DNA from: Felis catus
Lineage: Eukaryota
Direction of reading: 5' to 3'
DNA length: 64,000 nucleotides
Assembly: GCF_018350175.1 (NCBI RefSeq)
Contig: NC_058383.1
Span: 14,696,001 to 14,760,000, forward strand
Positions 52,044 to 64,000 of this stretch are shown piece after piece. Position numbers and translations under genes: made by a program. How positions within the stretch are numbered: position 1 is the stretch's first letter; each line of letters starts with the position of its first letter. The notes under the pieces were generated by a model. It saw nothing but the letters and a program-made list of their open reading frames with translations. It had not been told where the DNA came from and made no database searches.

Positions 52044-52202
52044 AAAAATAAATAAACATTAAAAAAAAATTTTTTTTTGAAGCAGGCTCCAGGCTCTGAG
52101 CTGTCAGCACAGAGCCCAGTACGGGGCTTGAACCCATGAACCTTGAGGTCATGACCTGAGCGGAAGTCGGATGCTTACCCAACTGAGTCACCCTGGTGCT
52201 CC
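51737..52202 (-). mobile_element. CAN-SINE split by a second SINE
   Basis: Halves rejoin across duplicated tgaagcaggctccagg. Confidence 0.92.
51845..52077 (+). mobile_element. CAN-SINE nested antisense inside another SINE
   Basis: 16-bp TSD at 51829-44 / 52078-93. Confidence 0.93.
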
Positions 52203-52379
52203 TGGGCATTTCTAAGTTTTTTAGTGTCCTCTAACCAATTCCTCTATGTAAATATGTTACCTTCTTACCCAGGGAGAATCTGAGCTCCTTTATGCTGAGA
52301 GACTTTTTAAAGTAAAATATTCCCAGTTACATCGCGAGGCTCGGAGTACTGATAATTATGGGCCTCGGAGGAATCGAGG

Positions 52380-52670
52380 AGGGTCAACCCCAGGGCCAGG
52401 CGGGTAACCTAAGTGGAGACACGGGATGGGTGCAGAGCAGTGGGGGTGGCAGAGACAGAGGAAAGGCATGTCCCTGTCCAAGGTATGAAGCTGGCTACGC
52501 TCAGCATCATCAGGGTTGCTGGGTGGGAACACAGGCCTCCCCTTTTCAGAACAGCTCATCTAAATTTTTATACAGAATCGCCCTCTTTTAAAATGTGGTC
52601 GACCAACTCCAACAATTTTAACTTGGGTTTGCCAGACTGACTGGCTTGTGGGCCAGCTGTTTGCAACCTC
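52380..52670. mobile_element. MER102-like hAT-Charlie MITE
   Basis: cagggccaggcgggtaac...ggcttgtgggccagctgtttgcaacctct. Confidence 0.65.
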
Positions 52671-54338
52671 TATCTCACGTGGGTCTCACGACATCCTCCC
52701 CCCACCCCCAACAAAAAAACCCTTGAATTATCAAAGAAAGATCATATTTAGTGAGAAATGTGCTTCTATCTAATATCTGAGAAGGTTCTATTGACCAGAA
52801 TAGGTGGACACCCTGGGGAGGGTTGTCAGTACTCATGGGATACGTGGAGCAGGGGTCACCAGTGTAGATGCGGTCGTCTCTGGGTCTGTAGATGCAAAGG
52901 CTTTGTGTGGCCCAAGACAAAGCAGTGGTGGGGAATTTTCTGGAGAACGACTGGACAGAGGGCTGCTGACGTGTGCGTGCAACGGGCGACGGAACTGCTT
53001 TAGCTATTTCGAGATGGGAGAGGGCTGTAATGAAGACGAGAGCGGGGCGCAGAATACAAACGAGGGTGAAAGAAAGACAAGGTAGTCATGGCCCTAGTGA
53101 GGAAGGACGAGGTCTGTCTGCCAGGCGCAAGGCTGTCTGGAGGACGAATCAGCGGCTGTCGAGGAACGAATGAAGACCGTCACAGCACAAGGTCGCTGCT
53201 TTTCCCTTCTCCCTCCCCTTCAGCCACGTGGAGAAGGGAAGATACCCATCTGCCCAGGGGTGATGGAGGTTTGGGGACACTCAGCCGCGAAATGCAGTCT
53301 ACAAGTTAAATACGCCTTGCGTAGTTTCCGCTCTTCGTGCAGCCTGTCCCTGTGACCTCATTTTGACAACGCAGCCAAGTGGGGAGTGCTGACTTTTCAG
53401 CGTAGTAGAGACTCCCAGGTGTGCTGGGTGAAGTTGTACAAGGACTGGGATGTGCTTAAAATAATACCCTGGAAGTTCTTCTCCGCATGACTAGAAAGCA
53501 CGCCAGGCCTCTGATGGCACAGCCCGCTGCGTTAGAAAAAAGGCTTCCAGAAACCACAGGTCTCATCTAACAATAAACAGCATCCAGGGACGCTTAGGCG
53601 TGGCTGCATCAATCTGGTTGCTTAAAAATAGACATGCATAAAGCTTTGCTTCACTCCCCTGGCACTGAACACCAAGTCAGAAGGGGCAGGGGGACTTTGG
53701 AGTCCTCTGGGCCCAGGAAGTTCAGGTCGGATGTCAACATGGGACTCTGGGCTCCAGGGCACCAGGACTCTCTCCGTGTCAGATGTGGGCTGTGACAAAG
53801 GCTGGGTGGCGATGTTTGGGTCTTGTCCGCCAAGCTGCTCTACTTTCCGAGGTATGACGGAGCCTATGCTTCATCAAGCTGGTTGTCCTTTTTCAAAGCA
53901 ACACTTATTTTATTGGTGTCTGAATTTACTCAACATAGATTTAGGTAGCATTCAGAGAGCTCCCTTGGGGTAGTCAGGGAGGGTTTGACATTTTAGGCAA
54001 CATCTGAGCTGAGGCTTGCACAAGAAGCAAAGAATGTTCCCAAGAGAAAACATCAGAGCGTATCACAGGGATGGGGTTGCATTCGTTCCTGACGCCGTGG
54101 GGTAAGCAGGCTTCCTCATTACCCTCTGCCAGGAACACGGGACCCTCATTTGCTCTTGACAGTTTCCAGAAAGAAATTGTTCCCACTCTGCCAAGAAAGA
54201 TGTGGCACAGTAAGGACCGGACTGTTTGTTGCTTGTTCAGAACTACGTCCCCAGTGCCCAGAACAAAGAAGGTGCTCAATAAACACTTGGTAAATGAATG
54301 CCAAGTGAATGACACCGCATCACGAATTGAGGGAGGCA

Positions 54339-54548
54339 GGAGCACCTGGGTGGCTCCATCAGTTAAGCGTCCGACGCTTGGTTTTGGCTCGGGTGGTGAT
54401 CTCACGGTTCGTGAATTCGAGCCCCGTGTCGGGCTCTGGGCTGACAGTGCAGAGCCTGCTTGGGATTCTCTCTCTCTCCCTCTCTCTCTGCCCCTCCCTG
54501 CCTCTCTCAAAATAAATATATTTATTTATTAGCTTGAAAAAAAAAAAA
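54339..54548 (+). mobile_element. CAN-SINE (older subfamily)
   Basis: Head, CT tract, A tail. Confidence 0.92.
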
Positions 54549-54854
54549 GAATTGGAGAAGGCCTCGGGATGGCACAAGGCTTAGAAGAGCAAGAGACAGC
54601 CAGCTGTTTGCAGTTAGTCCATGCTTGGGAGGATGAATGAGTAATTGAAGGACCGAGCCAAAAGTGGAATGTGGGAAGGAAACAACAAATACAAGAGAAA
54701 AAAAAAAAAAGATTTTCAGCAAAGTTCTAATAAAAGAATAAGAGGGCAGAGTAAAGGCAGGTATAAATGTTAAGCCTCTTGCTACACAAATCATAGACAA
54801 GGGCTAGTCATGTCAGGGATTATTATTAGGCAATCTCTTTCGTGATACTAAATT

Positions 54855-54927
54855 TCTTTTTAATCTTTATTTCAAAAAAAAATTTTTTAACGTTTATTTT
54901 TGAGAGACGGAGCATGAGTGGGGGAGG

Positions 54928-54975
<48 letters not shown>

Positions 54976-55101
54976 CGGAAGCAGGCTCCAGGCTCTGAGC
55001 TGTCAGCACAGAGCCCGACGCGGGACTTGAACTCATGAACCGTGAGATCGTGACCTGAGCCAAAGTCGGTGGCTCAACCGACTGAGCCACCCGGGCGCCC
55101 C
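54855..55101 (-). mobile_element. CAN-SINE with long (GA)n
   Basis: TSD ctcttt(c/t)gtgatacta. Confidence 0.96.
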
Positions 55102-55149
55102 TCTTTTGTGATACTAGATGCTGTGCGGGAGATGCTGTCTAGCCATAAT

Positions 55150-55300
55150 ACAGTAATGCCCACGGGTTTATAGATGGTAGTTGTAACAGTCATGATGATT
55201 TTCCCGTTTTATAGGTAAGGAAAATAAGGCAGAAGGAAGTAACTTGCCCAAGTCACGTTGCTTGGAATGGGATTGGGCTCCACCTGGGTGCTACATACTT
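55150..55300 (-). mobile_element. MIR fragment
   Basis: cccgttttataggtaaggaaaataaggc...aagtaacttgcccaagtcac. Confidence 0.7.
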
Positions 55301-56033
55301 CTACAAAACAATACACCGAGATCCAAGGGTGGGGTTCCGATTGCTGCTAAGGTGGAAATCCAAAATGGGCTGCTGGCTTCCTTCCTGAACCTATCCTGGA
55401 GATTTTCCAGGAGCAAGGATGATACGTCGCTATTACGCTATCCTTGACTACATTCCTTATGCCGCGTCTTTATTCCCGTGACTTACGCGCTCCACAGCTG
55501 GGAGCCTGTATCTCCCACTGCATCATACTTCATAAGCGCCACGCTGGATTTCAGTGAGAAATGTTCACATCCTTTCACTCAGCAAATCCACCTCAACAAA
55601 TATATCCCTCAGGGGTGCCTGTACCTATGTGATTGTCAAAACTACAAGGTTGTCTCCAAGAGCTTGCAATAGTGAAAGCCTGAAGACCATTTTTATGACA
55701 ATCCATAGAGGAATGGGATAGAAAGGTTATCTAGAGAAAACATGTGGACTCCATATCTCACACCGTATGGTAGTGTCCATTCCAAGGGGATTCATATTTG
55801 AATGCAAAAAAATATATTACAAAGTACTAGAGAGGCATGGAGTGGGGCGGATTTCCTAACTATGACACCCAAAGCAGAAGTCGTGAAAGAACGATTGACA
55901 AGTTTGATCATATAAGAATTTTAACAGACACGTTTGCTATAAAAGACAAAAGCCAACTGACAGGCCAAAGAAATCTGCGACTTTAATTACATAAAAAACC
56001 ACTAATTTATTTATCACATTAAAAGCTCCTACA

Positions 56034-56253
56034 GGGGCACCTGGGTGGCTCAGTAGGTTAAGTGTCTGACTTCGGCTCAGGTCATGATCTCGCAGTCCGT
56101 GGGTTCAAGCCCCGCGTCAGGCTCTGTGCTGACCGCTCAGAGCCTGGAGCCTGTTTCAGATTCTGTGTCTCCCTCTCCCTCTGACCCTCCCCCGTTCGTT
56201 CTCTGTCTCTCTCTGTCTCAAAAATAAATAAACGTTAAAAAAAATTTTTTAAA
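56034..56253 (+). mobile_element. CAN-SINE
   Basis: Perfect TSD taaaagctcctaca. Confidence 0.97.
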
Positions 56254-56957
56254 TAAAAGCTCCTACAAATTCAAAAGACTAGCGACCAAGAGAAAGATAT
56301 AAATAAACTCACAGTTCACAGAACAAGAAATACCAGTGTCTCTTGAATATATGGATTCCAGCATAATCATGCCATTGTGGTTTCTTTTTGACTTAATTAG
56401 GATTGTATAGAAGACATTTCATTTCTCTTTTAGCTATTGATCTCTAGCTTAATTCCACTGCGATCAAAGAACATGCTTGATTATTTCACGTCTGAAATTT
56501 GTGGAGACTTGTTTTAAATTCCCCCACGTGGTCTATATGTGGGTACGTGTCCCATGTGCACTTGAAAACGATATATGGAGTGCAGTTGTTAGATGAATGG
56601 TTTTTATTAGCGATGAAGTCCTATTCGTTATTCAGGACGTTCAAACCTCCTTCGCCTTCACTGATTCACTGCCTGTTTGCTCTTCCAGTTACGGCAAAAG
56701 CGTTTTAAGGTTGAGAAACATAGCTGGATTCGTCTATTTCTCCTTTTAGTTGAGCCAGTTTTTATTTTATCAGTTGTGAAACTCACCACGAGGCACACAG
56801 AAATTGAGGACTGCTACATCTCCCTGTGGAATTGACTTTTGATCTCTAGCAACGCTTCTTGTCTTAAAGTTCACTTTGATATTGATATAACTACACCACT
56901 TTTGTTTTGGCTCATGTGTGTTGGGTACATATTTTTTGCCTTTATATTTCAAAAAAA

Positions 56958-57167
56958 ATTTTTAGTGTTTTAGTTATTTTTGAGAGAGAGAGAGAGAGAG
57001 AGAGACAGAGTGTGAGCAGGGGAGGGCAGAGAGAGGGGGAGACACAGAAACTGAAGCAGGCTCCAGGCTCCGAGCTGTCAGCACAGAGCCCGACGCGGGG
57101 CTCGAACCCACGAGCCGTGAGATCATGACCTGAGCTGAAGTCGGACGCTTAACCGACTGAGCCACCC
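56958..57167 (-). mobile_element. CAN-SINE lacking ~10 5' bases
   Basis: Ends at ...gactgagccaccc. Confidence 0.93.
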
Positions 57168-57336
57168 ATATATATTTACAATATTTCTGCATTCCATGTG
57201 CGTCTCTTGTAAGCTACATACTGATGGATTTTGATGATCTTTCAGTTTGAAAAATCTTTGCCTTTTATTAGACTATTTAGTCCATTAAAAGGAAATGTCA
57301 TTACTGATATATTTGGGCTTAAATATACCATGTTAA

Positions 57337-57548
57337 ATTTTTTTTTTCAATGTTTATTTATTTTTGGGACAGAGAGAGACAGACCATGAACGGGGGAGGG
57401 GCAGAGAGAGAGGGAGACACAGAATCGGAAACAGGCTCCAGGCTCTGAGCCATCAGCCCAGAGCCCGACGCGGGGCTCAAACACGGACCGCGAGATCGTG
57501 ACCTGGCTGAAGTCGGACGCTTAACCGACTGCGCCACCCAGGCGCCCC
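57337..57548 (-). mobile_element. Young CAN-SINE
   Basis: Perfect 18-bp TSD ttaaatataccatgttaa; CpGs intact. Confidence 0.97.
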
Positions 57549-58779
57549 TTAAATATACCATGTTAATTGCATCCCTGAGCTGTAAAACATGATCTTGAAT
57601 TAGCACACCCAGCACTTCTGAGAAAATGCAAGGACCCTACAACACTTTAACCCAATCTACTTCCTTTCCTTTTTGTACTATTGTTACCACGCTTTTAATT
57701 CTGCATCTTTGAAACTCTACACTTTATTATTTTATTGGTTGCTTAAAACACTCAATGTTCATCACTCTTCCCACATATCTACCACATTTTTATCTTTTCT
57801 AGTCCTCTTCTTTTCTTCCTGAATTATCGTATTTCCACCTGGGATCATTCTTCTCCTGCCTGAAGAATTCTCCTTCGTGGTTTCTTTCAGTTCAGATCTG
57901 TTGGCGATGTATTCTCTCCGTTTTGGTGTGTCTGTAAATGTCTTTCTTTCACTTTCATTTCTGAAGGAGATTTTTATGGGTACAGAGTTTTACAATAGTG
58001 GGGTTTTTTTTTTCTCATTCTGCGCTTTAAAGATCCCGTCTATTATCTTCTGACTTTTACCATTTCTCTGGAAGAGTCAGCTGCCAGTGTTGTAGAGAAT
58101 GTCTTTTTCTCTGACTGCTTTTAAGATTTTTCGTTGTCTTTCCTTTTCATCAATTTTACTGAAATGTACAGAAGGGTGATAGTCTTGGTATTTATCATGA
58201 TGAAGGTTCACAGGGCTTCCAAGGAAAAAGGACTCAAGGCCTTGGCCAACTCCTAAGCTGTAAAATGCCCCCGCGGCTTGATATTTATTTTATCGGTTTT
58301 GGAAAATTTTCAGTTGGTAGCTCTTCAGACGTTGCTTCTGCCCAATCTTCTCTCACCTCTCCTTTGGACGTTCCAATGACACATAGGTTACAGACCTGTT
58401 AATTATATCTTTCTGCATTCTTCATTTTATTTTGCTTTAATCTAGATATTTTCTCTCATTTGTCTTCCAATTTGTTTATCCTATTTTCTGCTGTGTCCGA
58501 TTTGATGTAAAATCGATTGAGTTATTAATTTCAGTGATTATGTTTCTCATTCCAGAATTTTCATTTGGACATTTCTTTAAAAACAGACAGAAACAATGAT
58601 TCCAGGCCTCCAGTAAGTTTTTCTATCTTTTTATCGATTTCCTTGAATGTATTAATCATGGTTCTTTCAAGTCACATCTGATAACACAGATGTAGTTGAC
58701 TTTTGGGTCTGTTTCCACTGTCTATAGTTTCTACTGGTTTTGGTCATATGGCCCCATCTCTTGGTTTGTCTAGTTATTC

Positions 58780-58988
58780 TTTTTTTTTTATGTTTATTTA
58801 TTTTTAAGAGGGAGAGAGAGACAGAGAGAGCGCACACGTGGGGGAGGGGCAGAGAGAGACAGAGAGAAGCAGGATCCAGGCTCTGAGCTGTCCGCACAGA
58901 GCCCAACGTGGGGCTTGAACCCACAGCCGTGAGATCATGACCTGAGCCAATGTCAAGACACTTAACCGACGGAGCCACCCAGGTGCCC
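58780..58988 (-). mobile_element. CAN-SINE
   Basis: Reverse SINE; flanking ttattctt. Confidence 0.92.
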
Positions 58989-60609
58989 TTATTCTTCATT
59001 CATAGAGCATTCAATTTCATTCTGTCAGGTAGACCGGTCAGGATAAGTTTCATGGTTCTCTAGTTTTTCCTCACTTCGGGGGCAGATCCCTTTAAGGGTC
59101 TCATCCGGAAGCCTGGGGTGTTCACCAGGGATCCTTCTTCTTTGCAGACCCTGAACTCCTAGTTTTCTCTCCCTGGCATCGTGAAACTGACAAGATCTCT
59201 CTGATGAAACACTTCTCCTCTTAGACCTTAGAAACAAAGATATCTGGAACTTGCGTATTTACAACTTCTAAGTTGGCAAATGCCCTGCGGTAAAATTTCA
59301 TGCAGTCTTTTTTCCTGGAAGTAGGCCCTTCACATTTAGGTTGCGTTCGTGGCCCTCGACTCCAATTTTGTCTACTCGTCCCTGCAGGGATATCACAAGC
59401 TGAAAGCCATTGCTTTCCATTCTGCTTTATACTGTCAGAGAAAAATTCTCTCGTGACTTTGCCACAGCATTCTACCTCATCAGTACTCCTCCACCTTCCT
59501 CTTCTGAGTTTCTGAACCCTCAAGTCTTCAGTTGCCTTGGTTACTTTCCAGTGCCTTCAAACATCGGAGTTTTTGTTCCTTATCCGGCTGTTACAGTTCT
59601 TCACGACAGAAGTTTTATCCAAACTGGATGAGTTTGTTTGTTTAAGTGTTTGGTTTTGGTGCCGGTTAGGTTTTATCGTAACCGGATGTCTCCTCTTCAG
59701 TTGTTTCTCAGAATATCGGTTGTATCAGTATTGGAAGTATAAACAGGTACCAAACACACAGAACATAGAAACTATTTTCTTAACTAGCCGATCGCCTGAT
59801 AAAAGTGCGCAGGCAGGGGCCAAATGAACGGAAGCCACGCTGTCTCCCTCTGCACGGGAAACAAGTTAAGACAGATTTCCGATAAGTAATTTTGTCCACA
59901 ATGACTCCATTAGATTCAGAAGTAGGTGCCTAGAGGAGTTATTTTAAAAACAAAAATTCCACATTCAAATAATAGAAGCCAAAAAGTCAGTGGATTTCAT
60001 TATGTCCACGTTGGGAATTTATTCAACGGAGTACACGACAGAGGGTACCTGCAATCTGCAAAATTGACCAACAGCTGGTACCTAAGACGTGAGATGGGAG
60101 ACCCAGAATAGAAGATGGGCAAAAGTCATGAACCAGCCATTCCCAGAAAGGTAAACCAAACCACAAGTTTCTGAAGAGATGCTCAATTTCGTGAGTGCGT
60201 AGAGAAATGAAATGAAAATGCAGACAATGTTATACCACTTTATAATAATCAAACTGGTAGAAACTGGAAAGTCAGACGACTGTTTATGAGAAGCTTGGGA
60301 AGAAAAGAATCGTTTATACTCATGGTAGGAGAGGTAGCATCACCATCCCGGAAATTAATCTGCCAGGCTGTAGGGATTTTATAACCCAGAAATCCTCTTC
60401 CAAATGATATATTCTAGGGAAATTCACACAGGTCTAGAAGGGGACAAGTATGAGACTATTTACGTCAACACTATTTGGGGATTGGGAACTGGGACACATT
60501 CTGTGCGTCCATCACTGAGAAAATAAGAGTTAACTGGGATGGATGCGTACGAGCGAATGCTATGTGGCAATTAATGAGCTAGGGGTACTTTTTGCAATTG
60601 TTTAGATTT

Positions 60610-60842
60610 TATTTTTTTCAAGGTTTTTTTAATGTTTACTTATTTTTTAGACAGAGAGAGAGAGAGAGACAGAGCGTGAGCAGGGAAGGGCAGAGAGAGA
60701 GAGGGAGACACAGAATCCGAAGCAGGCTCCAGGCTCTGAGCTGTCAGCACAGAGACCAACACGGGGCTCGAACTCCCAGACTGCAAGATCATAACCTGAG
60801 CCGAAGTCGGATGCTTAACCGACTGAGCCACCCAGGCGCCCC
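60610..60842 (-). mobile_element. CAN-SINE
   Basis: Perfect 15-bp TSD tgcaattgtttagat. Confidence 0.96.
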
Positions 60843-60999
60843 TGCAATTGTTTAGATCTTGAAAACATAACGTGGGATGAAAAAAAAGTAAGGTATAGAA
60901 GGAGATTTATAGCAACCAACATAAGATTCAAATACATTTCAAAAACATAAATACACAAGACAACACGCTAAATTTTGGGGTTTGTTTTTTGTTGTTGTT

Positions 61000-61023
61000 T
61001 TCTTTTTAAATTTTATTTATTTT

Positions 61024-61058
<35 letters not shown>

Positions 61059-61238
61059 CACATGCATGCATGTGTGCAAGTAGAAGAGGGCAGAGAGAGG
61101 GAGGGAGAGAATCCCAAGCAGGCTCCATGCTGTCAGCCTAGAGCTTGACACAGGGCTCGATCCTACCAACCGTGAGATCATGGCCTGAGCTTACACCAAG
61201 AGTCGGATGCTTTACCAACTGAGCCACCCAGGTGCCCC
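61000..61238 (-). mobile_element. CAN-SINE (older subfamily)
   Basis: GA tract; ends gagccacccaggtgcccc. Confidence 0.92.
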
Positions 61239-61279
61239 AACACACAACAATTTTAGATAAATGGTAGATACAGTCCCAT

Positions 61280-61530
61280 GGAGCATGTACAGACCAGGCC
61301 TTCTACATAGGTTGCCTGGGTTGAATCCTTTCCGTGTCATCAAATCGGTGACCTTGGGAAAATTACTGAATATTACCTGTGCTTCGGTTCCTCATATGTT
61401 AAGTGGGAACGATAAAAGAATTTATCTCATAGTGTGGCTGGTAGGATTAAAAATGATAAAGTAGACAAAAGTGCTTAGAACAACAGGGCCTTGGTAAATC
61501 CACTTAGAGTTGGTAATAATTATTATTTTC
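61280..61530 (+). mobile_element. MIR
   Basis: cctgggttgaatcct...gtgaccttgggaaaattact...aggattaaaatgataaag...aaagtgcttagaac. Confidence 0.8.
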
Positions 61531-61671
61531 AAAGGCATTGATTAAAAACTTCCAGGGTAGGTATAAGCAGTTAGGATGAAAATGGGGGTCACGATGCCGA
61601 TAAAAACATAGTCGAATAAGTCGCGGTGGTGTGGGGAACCCCTTTCCCCCCATAGACACACACATCACTAT

Positions 61672-61803
61672 TATTATTTTTTAAGTAGACTTCATGCCCA
61701 GCGCAGAGCCCAAGGCGGGCTCGAACTCACAACCCTGAGATAAAGACCTGAGCCGAGATCAAGAGTCAGACACTTAACCAACTGAGCCACGCAGACAGCA
61801 CCT
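61672..61803 (-). mobile_element. Short old CAN-SINE
   Basis: gggctcgaactcacaaccctgaga...cttaaccaactgagccac; no GA tract. Confidence 0.85.
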
Positions 61804-62441
61804 CCCAGCACGCGGAGGTTATTCAATCAGGACCTTTGCACGAGCTGGTGGTCATAGTATGCTCTGAACTGATAAGAATAATGAACTCAAATTTCTGAGT
61901 TTAAGATTCCCCAACCTGAAAGAGTTAAACTCAAGATAAGCAGCCCCCATCTCTGGGGCATGGACTTAGCCATTTCTGAGTAGTAAACTTTCATTGCCCT
62001 CTTCCTAGGAGGAGCTCACCGGTCTAAATTAATATCTTGCTTACACGATATGTCTGTGGTGTTGAACAAGCCTGCCGAGTAAATTCATGTAATCATTGCC
62101 TATTGTATCTGATTAAGTCATTCTTAAAACAACTAGTTTCTGTGTAATTATTAATTACTAATTACGAATCAATTACTAAGTCCCAGGTTGAGAGTCTGTT
62201 ATATTTACAGACACTTGCTACCCTCCCTCTCTGATCTCTGACCTGTGTTCATGCGGAAATTGGGTGCTAGTCCGGTACCCGCCTCCTAGTATCCTTGGAA
62301 ACGAAGACAGAAAAAAACCCCACATTAATGGTTTGTCTTAGAGGGGACCACGCTGAAATCTCGTGAGGTCAACAAGATATACAAATGACACACTTAAGTA
62401 CCGAGACAAGACTGAACATAGTGAGTATGAAAACAAGTGCA

Positions 62442-62666
62442 GGGGCGCCTGGGTGGGTCAGTTGGTTAAGCCTCTGACTTCGGCTCAGGTCATGATCTCA
62501 CAGGTGGTGAGTTCGAGCCCCACGTCGGGCTCTGCGCTGACAGCTCAGAGCCTGAAGCCTGCTTGGGGTTCCGTGTCTCCCTCTCTCTCTGCCCCTCCCC
62601 AGCTCATCCTCTCCCTCTCCCTCAAAAATAAATAAACATTAAAAAAAAAAAAAAGAAAAAAGAAAA
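62442..62666 (+). mobile_element. CAN-SINE
   Basis: Perfect TSD gaaaacaagtgca. Confidence 0.96.
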
Positions 62667-63369
62667 GAAAACAAGTGCAGACCAGAAGTGCTCCAGTTCA
62701 GGCGAGGTAACAAGGTGAAGCTTCTGGGTGGCTTCCATGGGACCTATCCACTCGGTGGGGTTCTGCTGAGGACAGACATGGGGTAAAGGCGGCTTGGGGG
62801 ACAGCCCCTGGCGGGAGCCTGTGTGCCAACTCTGTAGATTGGTTAGGCAGTTCGGGTCCTAAAGCATTTCTGGAAATAGTAGACCCTCGGGCAATGGCAG
62901 GCTCTATTCATTTTCTTTTAATTAGCTGAATAACATCATGAGTGAAAAAAGTCCCTCCAAAGGAGGAGAAATCAGGGTACCTTCACCCATTTCTATTTTT
63001 GTCTGTTTCCAAAGACCTTGAGTAACAAAATCCAATTCATATAAAAATAGCGATGATGATAAAGGTAGTCTGAATTTATGTATCCTCTTATATCCAGAGG
63101 GCTCCAAGAACTTTTTATATGAACACATAATTTTTCTACACTTGTCTCAGTGAGGCAAGCACTGTAAGGCCTTTTTTTTTTTTTTTTTTTTTTTTAACCT
63201 GAAATAGAAAAGAGCCTTCAGGCACAGGGCCATACCTGAGACAGGTCTAGAACCAGGCCTCCTGATTCTGACTCCGGGGCAAGTGCGTGATGGCAAGGAA
63301 GGAAGTTTGCAACAGCTGAAACCGGGGGTGGGGGGGGAGGAGCAGTGGCAGTGACAAATGACAGCTGTC

Positions 63370-63560
63370 ACTCACTGAGAATCTACCAGGTCCCAGCTCT
63401 TTGCCGTGAGTTTCGTGCTCATTATCTCAGTTAAGGTGACCACACCATGAACTAAGGCACTTTTACAGACCAGACTATGAATCAGAAGGCAGGAGCAACT
63501 TGTGTAAGTCGCGGTACTTACGATCAAAATTGGAATGGCACCGTAAGCCCCAAACTCACC
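63370..63560 (-). mobile_element. MIR fragment
   Basis: cattatctcagttaa...cttttacagaccagactatgaatcagaagg. Confidence 0.5.
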
Positions 63561-64000
63561 ACGTAGTTTCCCTGTGCCACAGTCTGTTGGGGAACTTCTG
63601 AAAACATTATAGGACTTAAAAATGAAAAACTAAATTGTATGGAAGCTTGTTTTTTGCCTAAAAAAAAAAAAAAAACCCACACCAACCAGGCTGCTTTATA
63701 ATACTGTTCCCGTTACGCACTTACGACCAGAAAACTCAGGGCTCAAGTCTTCCAGGGCAACTTCTAGGCTAGCTGTAGGATTCTTGCCTTTCCCTCCAGT
63801 TAGGGGTAACTCAGAAGGAAGACAGAAATGGCTAGGTGTGTGGACGAATTCAAGATATCTAGTCCCAAAGCAAGACAGCCAGACTGATAGAGGAAGGCTA
63901 AAGGAGGCGTGAACAATAAAGACAGAAAGTTCATGCAACCGGCATCCCTGAGGCCGTGCCTTGTGCTTTCTTTGTCTCCTTTCCAGGGAGGTAGAGATAA

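Larger units (their letters stand above)
56360..59640 (-). mobile_element. Old L1M ORF1/5'-ORF2 remnant with three nested SINEs
   Basis: T-rich antisense L1 motifs (ggattcgtctatttctccttttagtt; ggttttggaaaattttcag). Confidence 0.65.

Noticed and set aside
52700..53200. CpG-containing stretch with 80-90 aa ORFs
   Set aside because: No recognisable protein; faint CR1/L3-like resemblance too weak to call.
1271..62635. Recurrent ORFs such as GAWVAQSVKRPTSAQVMISRFVSSSPASGSVLTAQSLEP that look like a peptide family or repeat array
   Set aside because: They are translations of dispersed CAN-SINE copies with TSDs and A tails; not genes and not CRISPR-like.

Overview
Mammalian, repeat-rich, non-coding DNA from a felid genome, most likely domestic cat or a close relative, judged by 34 tRNA-derived CAN-SINE (SINEC_Fc-type) copies. 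I find no recognisable protein-coding exon, RNA gene, CRISPR array or intact autonomous element. The ORFs in the track are explained by SINE, L1 or microsatellite sequence, or resemble no protein I recognise. The window holds layered transposon fossils: L2, MIR, old L1M and carnivore L1 fragments, two MER21-type solo LTRs with intact 5-bp target-site duplications (TSDs), MLT1 LTRs, Tigger2a, and hAT MITEs (MER3, MER5A, MER20, MER58, MER102, MER103). The main non-repeat signal is a CpG-rich, promoter-like block at ~35.9-37.1 kb. It has outward-facing splice donors on both strands and lies inside a 12.7-kb SINE-free gap, so it is a candidate bidirectional promoter of an unidentified gene or lncRNA. 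I see no evidence for a novel biological system. Repeat family names come from my recall of consensus sequences, not from a database search, and boundaries of old repeats are approximate.
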